Shown here piece by piece: positions 25,901 to 38,800 of a stretch of 64,000 nt of DNA; positions within the stretch are counted from its first letter, which is position 1, and every line of letters begins with the position of its first letter. Position numbers and translations under genes: made by a program. Below the pieces are notes generated by a model. The model did no database searches and was not told the origin of the DNA. It saw nothing but the letters and a program-made list of their open reading frames with translations. The stretch is taken from contig CM120641.1 of the NCBI GenBank assembly GCA_051362555.1, positions 17,236,001-17,300,000 on the forward strand. Reading direction: 5' to 3'. Source of the DNA: Lingula anatina. Its lineage: Eukaryota > Animalia > Brachiopoda.

Positions 25901-28900
25901 ATATTATAGTCCAGTAAATAAATGACTTTGGTTAGAAAGAATGTTAACAAAGGTTTCTCAACTGAATCTGGGCTGTTAGGGGCCCAGTAATGCACAGACA
26001 AATTTTAACCCATGGCAAGGTCTCAGAATCCAAAATGGCCATCAATTTGTTGGGTATGGTATTGAAGTAAACATCACTGGCGATAAGTGGCCTTTGTTGG
26101 AATATATGAGGTGTAATTTGATTTTCCAGTGATCAAAGACATATTCATTCATTTGAAAATAGTTTGGAAGTGATCAGAGGTTAAGGCCATGTCGAAATTG
26201 AAAGCTTTTACCATGAATATGTTCATTTAAAAGAACTTTTACAAATGTGTTATAGAAAGTAATTTAATTTATTCCTTTATTGTATCAAATTGGTATAGAA
26301 CTGTGGAGAAAAACAAACAAACTAGAAACGTTAGTTGATACAGCAAATGAAATGACTGGGACAAATATTACCTATATTCTTGAAAGGGTAGCAAATAGTG
26401 TCTATCATGAGTCAAAGTTTCCACCCTGTGCATAAATTTTAAAAAAATTAAAATTTCCAAGCAACAGTGGGGTCAGAAATAATGTCAGAGCAGGGAGTAC
26501 AATGAAGCAAAGAACTAAAGCTGACAAGGGTATTCCTTGGGATTGGTTTTTTCCATTAAGTGCTGTATAATTTTATAACAATGGTACAGCACGTTTTGTT
26601 GGTTACTTTCGTATTGCTTTTTAAGATGACATTCTCAGTGCATAGAGCTTTATCCATTTTGCCATAAGCTTTTCCCCATCTTGTGTGGATTCTCTCATGT
26701 TTTATCATCTCATATGATGTCACTTGGTGCTGCCATCCTCATTTGAGGCTGCCTTGGATGATTTCCATTTGATTTTATTGTGTTTTAAATTGTTCCTGAT
26801 TCAGTTGAATATTCTTTGTTAACATTTTTCACAATTTTTGTGGTAAAAGAAATTGGTCATTAATGAAACTTATGTAATTGAAAGAACCTGGCTGAACTGG
26901 GTTGTAATGCTCGTGGTGAAAAGTACAATTCTAGTATTGTGATGTGATCTTTATGCTGAGTTGCAACATGTTCAATATTATATTCTGCAGTGAATTTTAT
27001 TTGAATGTTTGGGATATTTCTGAATGCTTCGTCACTCACTGTCTAACTCATACTTTGTTTTGCTCACAATTTAGTAAGAACCCCAGGTGTACAAGCATGT
27101 TTTTTTTTTTTGTTTTGAGGAATGTTTGATTTTTCTGTTGGTAGATTGAATGTTTTCGGTGCTTTAAATTGTTTTTATCAATTCATTGACAGCAGAGCCG
27201 TATTCTGCTATAACTTTTACTCTTAACTGATCTTATTGTACATTTATTGGGAATAAAAGATCTTATTATGCATATTTGTATATCTTTTTGACTTGAGGAT
27301 TGATGATATTGAATCAAGGATAGGTAAACTAAACTTTCTAATAATCTGTAGTCTTGATAGATAGATATGTATGCATAAAATAGATAAAATTATGGTTAAA
27401 AATTATAAATGGACAGAGACAACAAAAAATATGAAAAAGTGGCAAAAAAGCTCAGAATTTGATCAAAAAGCTAAAAAATGGAGGCTTAAATGAAGTTTGA
27501 ATTGAGATAGGGTATGTGACAAGGCATGCTGCTGGCACACAGCTACCAAATCCACAGAATACTGTAGTACTAGTACTCAATTTGGTCTTTGTCAAAAGTT
27601 TTTTAAACAAATTTCCCAAAATATGATTTATGAATCTTGTTCTCATAGATATAAGAAATGCCAATTTACATTTCATATTTGTATGCAATAAAACTGTCAG
27701 CTCACATTCCCCATTGTGACAAAAAATCCATATGTAAAATTTCAGCAGTGCCAACAGTAGATTTTATATATATAATATGGCCACTCGGACATACAAATTA
27801 CAGTGTCAGCCTTAACTTGAAAGGTAAGCCAGGTAATGATTTTTATATTTGTGTCCATTGTGTCAAAATGCTTTCAAGCACTCCAGGTAATTGGCTTCCA
27901 AGCTGGGTCAATGTAGTGCTTGGTTCTTCCTCTATCTTGACAGTAATTGATTACAGCCTGGACTTGACCTTACAAGGTACGTTTTGCACTAAGAAAGTGC
28001 AACATTTATATCGGAGCTGACTGGATTTATTGCCCTAACAGAACCAAGGCGGCATGCCATGAACTGAGGCTTCTTTTAGTATCTTTAATACACTTAATGT
28101 TCCTCTTCGATTTGGATTAGTTGAGCCTTTGTTATCTCTATGTCCTCTGAGAATATTCATAACTTTGGTCGACTTATATTTTCCGTTATAGATCAACTGT
28201 CTTATTTTTGTATCTGACCAATGGCTGCTGTGCTGGCAATTAGACAAACTCGGTATGGGCCAGATTCTGGCAGCCAATCAGGTCATTACAAACCTAATGG
28301 TGGAATGAAGTAATTTGTTTTTAAATTACATGTATGATACTTGAACACATTATTAAGACACTCACTTGTCACAAGCAAGTGACTTGCGACAGTGACAACC
28401 AACAACCTTTGCTGAGACTTTATCAGAGAGGTCAAAGAGTATCAGTCCTTGTGTTTATTGCCATAACCAACAGCATAAATTTCAGTTTGATGTACTTTAC
28501 AATCAAGTGGCAACTAGAATTTAGATAATTATTTTCAGGATAATTTAACAAAATGTATTAAACAAAATGTAAATTAGTTTGGTCATTCATGAAGTATTTT
28601 GAGACAAGAATGAAAAGTAAAATTCTATTCATCAAAGCTGCCCTGAGAACATATATTAAGGAAGGGTGGATGTTGTCTAAAATATACTCTGTTAAAAATA
28701 TTTGTCATCAGCCCTTTGTGCGCCCTGAGGAATAGGAGAAATAAAATCATTTGCCAGTTTATTTTCAGTCTTTCCTCAGCACATTTTCATTTTGTTAAGA
28801 AATCCTCTGACAGATGTTTAATGTGTTTGGTTTAGTAAAACTATTTCTGTAAGGTTTATATTGAGAGCTTTGCTTGAAATTGAGATGTTTAAACTCAGAA

Positions 28901-29772
28901 ATATTCACTTGACTGGCCCAGATTTTGTTACAGGGAGGTCGTGCCCCAGTTTTAAATATTTTGTGTGAAATGTGGGTGTTCCGTGCCAGCTAACATAGAG
29001 TGTATATTCTCCAGGACAACTTCATTATTTAGGTTGATCATAACTTTACTGATAACTTAACCCTTTCTGGAGATTTGAATGTATATGCTGGCAAGATGAA
29101 ATCCCATTATAATGCTATGAATTTCAAAATCCTCGAAACATTTTTGAAAAAAAAACATTTTCTAAACCCCACGCCATAACATAAGCCTATGTCAGGTCCA
29201 CATGCTAAGTCGGAACCTTGTAATTCCCCAGTCGGCAGTATTGCTGATTAGGCCCAGAATGAATAGAAACCCTGCATGGAATAATTTCTTGAATAGAAAT
29301 TGCATTCTGTATTTGATCTGGGCCACGATGAAGTGGTGATCTATATTGACCGCTGACCTAGTTTTGGTAAACCTGTCCTTTGGTGAGTCAGTGGGTGAAC
29401 ACCAGTGTCCTGCTCAGTTTGAGATTATTTGAAACTGCACAGGATTTAAGATGCATGGTATTGTGGGAGATGTGAAGTCAAACTGATGCTTTGCCCTTAG
29501 ATACCCCTGTTTTTTTTTTCAGGACATTACAGCAACCAGTGTTTTATGTCCAATATATGTAGCCCCTCCTACAGGGAGATTCTTATTTTCAAATTAGAGA
29601 AGCACATAACTGTGTTTTTAAGAGCTCTTAATTCTCCAAAGGGACTATTTTGAGCTCTTTAAGTGTATGGCAAAATGTAATGTATATTTATTAGTAGATG
29701 TGAAGTGATAAAATGGAGGTGCAACCTTTGCTGAAAGATTTTGGAATTGTGATGTATATTTTTCTTTTTAGC

Positions 29773-29820
<48 letters not shown>

Positions 29821-32800
29821 TTGAGAGTGAAATAAATCATATTTAATAATGCTTCACCTGGCTTTAATTTTAACTTAGTTAAAAATAATAATTTTTTACA
29901 CACCAATGATAGTTTAAAAAAGATGATCATAGATTTCATTTTCTCAAAAATTGGTGAACATTTTTATGCTGGCCTGGGGTTATTGTTATAGGTCAGTCTT
30001 TGGTGGGAGGAACCGATATCTGGAGGGCATTTAAGTGCTGGACTAATTTGGACAGAATTAGATCCTATGATGTAACAAAAGAAAAAAAGTTGAATTGAAA
30101 ACTCGTCCATCTGTCTCATTCTATTTGAAGAAATCTGGTCATTTGGTGACCTCGTTGTATCCATGTCTAGTTAATGTTGGTCTTATTGTGAACACACATC
30201 AGAGACTTCTCTGCATATGATGACACACAATGTGTAATACAACATATAAACACTGGTTAAACTCAGTGGGGGAACTGATATAACTGTAAAAACCATTAGT
30301 GTTATCAAGTTCAATCAGGTTATCATGAAGCTATGGCTTATGATCAGCTCACTGATCTTCTTGGGGGTTATGCAGGGGAGGCCAAAGAGATATTAGAACA
30401 GAGCGGAAGTGATGTCCATGATAACCACCACGCCCTTCATTTGATAGGAGCTCTAGGCTTTGATGTTGGAGGCAGGAATGTTAATATCTTCATTATTTAA
30501 CTTAGTATGTTTATATCTTTGAAAATGGGCAGTTTTGAGTTGCCTGTCCTACTGATTTTAGTGCAACGAATGAAACGAGTGAAAATGACAGTGCCAACCT
30601 GTGAGTCCTGCTAAATAGCACCAAACAATGGCTGAAAAGATTTCAGAGCATGTCTGCCTGTAGAGTATTAGTGGCATATTTGTAGGAAGATAACCTGCAA
30701 TTTAAATCACATTTAAAATGAACAATCTTATCTAGTTGACCTTTAAGATCACACAAAAGATAAATACACACCAAATTTAAAACTTGCTTTCACTACACTT
30801 TAATCCCTAATGCACTTTTAAAATTTCAGTGACACTGCTTCCATTACACTTTTATCCAAATATCTCCTTGTAGTAAAATGTCCATTTTCAGATTATTGTA
30901 GTCACACTGACACTTTTAATTGTAAACAGTCTGTGGCACCTGTGTTTTGAAATTATGCACAACATCCACATATTAGTAAAGGGGTCTAGTAAGAACAAGA
31001 TCATAACAAAAGCATCAAATGACACCTGAAATATTAGTGGTGAGCATAGAACTGTTTTTGAAGGGTGGAGGGCACTGGGTTCCAGATTCCTTGTGTTATT
31101 ATTTTCGAGAGTTTTCATAGTTTGCTACTCAAATTTCCAATTAATATGTTTATGTTGGGGGTAGGTGGGAGAGGTGGTAGCAGTGATGCCTTTAAGGAAT
31201 ATTTTTCATACTCCAAATAACAAAAGATTTATGTATCCTTCAAAACATCCTTGGGGGAAATCATGTAAAGTTTATCATAAAGCCACAATGCATTGGTACA
31301 TGTGTACCTTTATGAAATGGTTCATGAGGTATTAAATTGCAAAAAAAATAAATAAATAAAAAAAAAAATAATAAAATAAAATAATAAAAAAAATAATAAT
31401 AACAATAAAGAGCGCATTCAGAACAGCAGACTAAGAGTGCATTCCCATTGATTTAGATTGATCTAACTGGATCGACCTAACTCCTTGGGGGTTCACGCTA
31501 AATCGCTGTCAGGTTCCGAGAGCTGAGCACGCACAAAAGTTAATTACCGCCTTACAGCTTTTAGTAGGCGGGACATACATTTAAGCCGGTCAGGCTGACA
31601 ACAATCTAATGAGACTCCCCACAGGGATTGATCGATCTAAAAATCTATGGGAATGCACTCTAACAGATCCACAGATCAAATATGGCTGACCCACTTAAAT
31701 GCTTGTTGCATAATCCCTGTGGGGAATCTATTCAGTGACTAATTGGAATTAAAAGTGGCACTCTTTTTAGAGTGTCGCCATATTTGATCAGCAGATCTGT
31801 TAGTCAGCTATTGTGAATGCGCACTATTGAAACCAGCAGTATTAAAGTAAGAGAAGTAAGAATGCCCCATGGATACAGTACTGAGAAATTGATTACAGAA
31901 GTTAAATATGTTTCTCTTCTTATTTCTAGGAATAAGGCACTCATCAAATTTGGATAATTTGGGATTTCTCCAGGAACCAGAGGATGTTGTGGGTGTGAAG
32001 GGCCAGCCAATTCGGCTAGAGTGCTTGGCCCGGTCTCCACACAGCCCTGTCACTTATTCGTGGAAGAAAAATAATGAATTTTTGCAACAGACTCAAAGAA
32101 TAACCTTCCAGAATGGAACTCTGTACATAAAAAAAGTAGTGCGTAGAAAAAGGAAGGATATCACAGATGAAGGGGTTTATCACTGTATTGCTAAGGATGA
32201 CAAGGGAATAATCAGTAGCAGGCCAGCCAGGATTTCCATAGCAAGTGAGTCGTGATGACAAAATCTTTTTATTTTAATGACTGATGTATCTTGTTTATGA
32301 AATCTACCAGCTGTACAAGATATTGAGAATATATTGCCTGGAATTTATAAAGGAAAAGAGGTTATCAGAAGGAAAACCTGATAGGTCAAACCATTTAGGT
32401 AAAGTGGTCTGTATTACTTTACAAATATATCTGTAGCAATTGAATGAAATTGAAATTGGGGCAAGAGAAACATGGTGAAGATATTGGGATGTGAATCAAT
32501 CACACTTTTCAGTATTGAGCATTGGAAGAGAGAAAATTAAAAAAGAAAACTCAAAATAAAGTTAAGCATCTCACATGCCTCCCAACATTAACATTATTGG
32601 GAAAAAAAGTTTTTTTCATAAATTTTCTCTTATATGCAAGTTTAGTGTTAAGTTTCACAAATATTATCACTTCTTATGGGTCGTAGTGAATAAGTACATT
32701 TATACAATTAAAGCTGATTTTTATATGAGAAGTTTGCCCTTGGCATTAGTGCATGGTTTGAGTGAAATTGCGTGTTTTATGTGGGTGAGCATCATATTAT

Positions 32801-35800
32801 GTACACTTTTGAGATGACATAAAAACAGGAATAACAGGGTGTGTTGTAAAGATTCTAAAAATGTTTTCAAGCCATATTTGTCATTTCCAGGTTTGGGGAG
32901 GTTTTTTACCAACCCCGCGCCTGTGTCTGTACATCGAGGAGGTGCCGCGCGAATGTCATGTGCTGTGAAAGAATCCCTACCTTTACCTCATTATTCATGG
33001 TTAAAAAACAATCAAACTTTAACACAAGACAGCAGGTAAGTAGACTGTAGGTACTAGTAGTGTGTCTGCTATAATTCTTTACATCCATCTATAAACTAAA
33101 GGTTGTCAAGGTTGAAAGCACATGATTTGACTATGTATGGAGACAGTTTTTCTTAATATTTAAACTTCGATAATCTGTTATAATTGTGATCTTTTGCTTA
33201 TGTATGATATCTTTTATGACAATATTATGATACTTATGATTACTCACACTCCAATGAAATATCTGAATGAAATTCTTTCACAGTTCACTGTAAGTAAATA
33301 TTGAAGGGCAAGTCAAAAAACAAAATGTTTTCCTTAATATTTTTTTCAATTTCATACCAATGAAGTGATGGGCAATTTATCCATCAACATATTTTATAAC
33401 ATGATGTTATAACATGGTCACATGTGGTTGGAACAAATCCTGCACGACATAGTATATATTTTATTGGACATTTTTTCTCCAATTGCAGGCTTGTGATGCT
33501 GCCATCAGGGGTGCTTCAAATAAATCAAGTCCAGGATTCAGATGCAGGTCAATATGTGTGTAAGGCTTCTAATGTAGCAGGAGAGAGACTCAGTGAGCCT
33601 GCAGCACTGAGGGTTTTGCCAGGTAAGGAGGGTGAAATTTACAGGTTGTACTAAAGAAGAATATTTATTGTGGCTTACACTGTGCTGAGGAATAGGAAGA
33701 GACACTTTTCACAACACAGTTAAACTTGGGTAATTTTCTTATAAGGCTGGGCTGACTATGTATCTAATTTATAGTCCATTACAAAATGTTCTATTTTTCT
33801 GGATATAATTCCCTGTCACATCAACAAGCATATATACAAGCACACACAAACAGGAAGTTACAACCTTACGTAAGAACTGCATATATTGCCACAATTGTTG
33901 TAACCCAAGCTTGCATGTTTTATTTGTGGAAATTGCGTTCTATACATTGTGATGGTTATAGCTCTAATTTTTTAACTCAGCGCACATAGACACATAAGAG
34001 TTCTCATGACTCTCACTTTTCCCTCTTTATAGTGGTAATTTTAGCATTCTCTGTATTATTTTTACACATATTATGTATTTGTATATTATTTGAATGTAGA
34101 GTATAATTAGTCCATGATGCCTATATACTGTCTTTATCCTTTATCATAGGTATCCTTTACAACATAAACATTTAGAGATAAAAGAAAAACTCAATCTTAC
34201 ATATAAGTTACAAATTTAATATTCAGTCCTCTGAAACAATAGTGAATAAATGTGTATATTTCCACACAATTTTATATTCCCAGGTTAATTTTTCCAAGAA
34301 ATAGTTGTAGTGGTATTTGAAAGGCAAGATTCAAAATTAATAAGGAAAGCTAAGTTTGTGTAAGTTAGCTAACATACAGAGGAAGTTAAACCTTGCATGT
34401 GACATAGTGGTTATCTTTGAGGTGGAAAACTTTAATTTTGTAGAGAAATCCAAGTCTGTTTATGTGCTTTTTAATTTTATCTTTTATTGAGTTGAGTGTT
34501 GAAATAAAAAAGAAAAAAAAACATTCGGGGACATATCCCTGTAAAGAAAGGCATCAGAATGTAGAACAGCTATGTGCAGCCAGGTGGCTGCTACTTGGTA
34601 TAGATTTATTGACATCATTAGGGAAAGTTTAGCCTTGTGTGGCCTGCTAGGATACTCTGTTTCATGACCTCTTTGCCACATTTTTGTAACATCGGGAATA
34701 TCAGGTGTACTTTTCTCAGTAGTGAAGGGAAATCTGAAGCATCAGAGTAGGTTTCATTAAACCTCCCCAGTGGGAAAGGGTAGTGAATGTTTAGGTCTGT
34801 AGGGTTTCAGTATATGGAATGCCACTTTTCCTTGGACAGAGCCCTTTTGTTTTGGGGCTACTTGTTTACATGGGCACTTGGACTTATGTTGAGCTAAAAT
34901 ATATCTTTTAAGTTGAGGCACTTAGACATCAAAATGGAATTTAACACTCCACTGACTTACTTTAAATAATGTCCATCTAATAGAGCCAGTGGCTACAGTT
35001 GTTTGTTGACTTCTATTTGGGTGAAAATTTTTACCACAAAAAAGTATCTGGTCTACCAAAAAAAAAGCCTCTTATGAAAGCTGAACAATTGATGAAAGAA
35101 ATGTGCATACATGTGTATGTATGTATGAATACAGCAAAAATATCATTTAGAATTAAGGTAAAATAAATATTCGTTTATTCTCTGTTTTAGCTGTTAATCG
35201 GCCACCATCAATCATTGCTCGGCCTACCAATATTTCAGTAGTGGTTGGACAAGGTGCCATCTTAGAATGCCTAGCTGATGGGGACCCAATGCCTGATGTT
35301 CAATGGCATCGTGAAGGTAAGGTGTATCATAGTACTAATGTTTCAAGTCCATAGCTGTTCTCTCTTCTCTCCTGGGATCCCCATTTCCAAAATCAAACCA
35401 GATACCTTTAGGTCATCAAAGAAGAAAAAGATTGACTTTAATTTGATTAACAGAGATATTTGTCATTTGACATAGATGCACCAAACACAAATACCAAATG
35501 TCAAATACATAGCTTTTTCATAGGGGAGTCATTGGGTGGTAAAATGCACATTTTTATGTACAGACACAGATAGCTGTTACCTGCGTCTGTCATCGCCGTG
35601 CACTTCCACCGATAACATGATAAGTGAGAAACTGTTTTACCTTCTGGCTTGTTAAATTTCTTATTTTCTCATGAAAACTTTCACCATCTTAACTTAACAA
35701 CTTAACAAAAAAGCGCCAATGTATCTGCCATTATGCATACTACAAGATAAAAGTCATATACTCTAATAAAATGAGATATATGAAGTTTTGTGAAGGGAGG

Positions 35801-38800
35801 CAAAATTTCATAATGAAATTTTGACTAGGGAGTCACCTTTTAGGGGAGTCAGATTTTCCTGGTACACTGGCATTTCGGGAGCCAAAAATATCATTGGCCT
35901 AGGCAGTCCCCTGGACCCCCGCCTTTTTTCTCTAAATGGCAGTATAATCACTGGTGAATTGATTTTGCAAAAATGATCAAATTTACCACTTTTGAAAAAC
36001 CTTTACACCTACCGACCATTTTGTCACAGTTTTAAACTGTTAGGAATATTGATGTTGATGCAAGAAATGAGTTTGAAGGGATGGTGGAATTTGAAAAAGT
36101 ATCACTTAAGCATGAGTTGAGGACTGTTTGATTTTCTCAGATTGTTACAGGGTTGTAGCAAATGTCAGGAGAAAAAAATCAGAGGTTGGTTCATCATGAA
36201 AAAGTACCGTTTACCCCAGGAAAATTCGTTAAAAGTAATGTTTCTGCAGAGATATCCTACGTGAAGTTTCACATTCAAGTTGAATGTCACTTTTGCAGGT
36301 AAACTTGACATTTTTAAAGTGACATTTAGAACTATTATCTACATTTGTAAGCATTCAAGAGAGGTTATTTTAAACTTATCTACAAAAATAATGTTGCCAT
36401 TGTATTTTGAGGTCTGCCTCTTAAGTGACATGACTTGGTTATTTATAGTGTCACTAAAGTCCACCTAAATTTATCTCAGTCTTTGTATGATCAGATATCA
36501 TACTGACGCAGAAAAAAATTTGATTGTGAATGTTTTTAATAAAATAATATATTTTTATATATCACTTCCTGGCTGCATGTTGGCGTAGACTTCTGTTTAT
36601 AAACAGAAAACTATAACAGGTGGCTATAGCCTGAACAACTTAGTAATTAAATTATGTCAAAGTCAGTCAGTGCATTTCTCTTTCAGGTTCTAAAGTTGGG
36701 ATTCATTGAGTATTGACAAATACTACACAAGATTGAATCTTAAATATTTTAACATTCTAGCTTTAGTAATCTTATTTTAAGAGCACTTGGACTATGTATT
36801 TGGCCTTTTGAGCATGATTGTGAGTACATTTGTCAGAAAACATGGATTTGAGAATATGCAACATCTGCCATTTCAACTAAGCTATACTGGATCGAATAGA
36901 TTTTTATCGAAATGGAAATAAATTGCTATGATTTCTATAAAGTTGACAACCAGGGATGTGGGTCACATGTAATAAACACTGAAGAACAGTCAGAGATAAG
37001 GCTACCCATATTTCTGGGGAGATATTTATGAAACCAGAATTAATTCATGAGAAAACATCCAATATACATCTGCAGATGTTGCTTAGTGACTTTGTTTGAC
37101 TTTCTGTAAATGTACATAAACTGCAGCATAAATTCACCAAGTTAAGGGCAAGATGCACAGTTTTGAATTCAAACTGAGTTGAATAAAATAAATGAAATGG
37201 CTTCAAGCATAGCAGGGTAACATACAAATGCTCTCCCCTAGAGTTCTGTCCATGCTCACTCTCTTATCAGACCAGCGAGTAAAAGCAAGGCTGTAGAATT
37301 CTCTAGCCTCTGGAGCCTAGTGGGGGATAATCTTATGTGATAGGCCACTGCAAACCCTGGAGCAGTGGCAGCAGTAGCGGACGCAGTGGATCAATATCTT
37401 GCTGCATAGAATTTTCAAATTGCTGCGTACTTAATGCAGTGCTGCAGCAGCTGGTGGCGAGGCGGCGTTTTAGGTCGGGGGAAAGTAGAGCACCGACCCC
37501 ACAAGGTCAAGGACTGAGAGGCCAATTGTGCTGGAATAATCAATGACAGGGAAAAGAGCCAGTGGTAACAGCTGCACTACTTAGGCTAGCTGTTCTCTGT
37601 ATACAGATCCCTCCCACTCCTGGAAATGGCTGCTGCAGGAGGTCAGGAAAAATTACCTAGAATATGTATTCTTATTCCACAAAGTGGAAATGCTATTGTT
37701 GAAAATCCTTATTATATGCACAGGTCTTAAATGATTTTTCAAAAAAAAAAAAAAATTGCCATCTTTAAAAAAATTAAGTGACTAATAGATACAGTTGCTT
37801 AACTGTGGAATATGATGTCCAAAATTTGTTTGTAATGTGCTATGGTCAGTCATTGTCATGATGGTTTAATGCAAGGTCATGAGTGCTAACATGTTGAGCA
37901 AACAACTCTCTCTCCTTCCCTGAGAGAATGTGTACTTACATAGTTATGATAATTGAGGCACAATTCTTCATAAATAAGATTTTCAATCTTTCTGTTCTGC
38001 TCTTAATTGTTTCTGCAGAAATTGCAGCATTAGCAGATCATTTGCACACAGTCATCATAAAGCAGGCATTATAGAGTGAGCAGCCTCTGATTTTTCTATC
38101 CTCTTCAGTGATGCCCTGGAATTTAATAGATGCCCTTGGTGACATCTAGGTTACATGCACTCTTTATGTAGTACTCTTTATGTAGTATACTTTTATTTTA
38201 TGGGGGGTATATAGTAGGGACTCTGATGTTTAACCTTTTGAAACAGTTTCAGTGAAACATTAAAGGAATGGACAATTGGACTACATGCACATTACAACAG
38301 TGACAATTAGTTTAGTTCCCTGAAAAAGTCCGTGATTTTTTTTTTTTGTTCCTTAATTATTTAAAGGATTTAGATGAATCAATATACATTTACATGTCAT
38401 GACGAATGTTGATCTTTGAACGTTGATCTTTGCAGTTCTTTGATTCGCTATTACAAGGATTATTTTATGAATTCCTTCTCAGAATCACTTTGTCCTAATA
38501 TGAAGATCACTTTTTTTTTTCGTGCTTAAAGGCATTCATTATTTGTATGAGTTAATGTGGACATAGGCTATGAGGTTAATGTTGTTGAGTATGCTAAGAT
38601 TTTTTTTCCTTATCTGCTTAGATTATGTAGTTCTAAATAAACATTGTCATGTTATGAGATATTGCTGTGGCATCAATAACTTGTAAGGGCAAATTTGCTT
38701 AGCCAAGCTGATGACATAACAGCAGTGTTTTTGGGGTGAAAACTGTACCATTTCTTTTAAACAGATCTCCCTCACCTGAACAGCTATCAACAACATTGTT

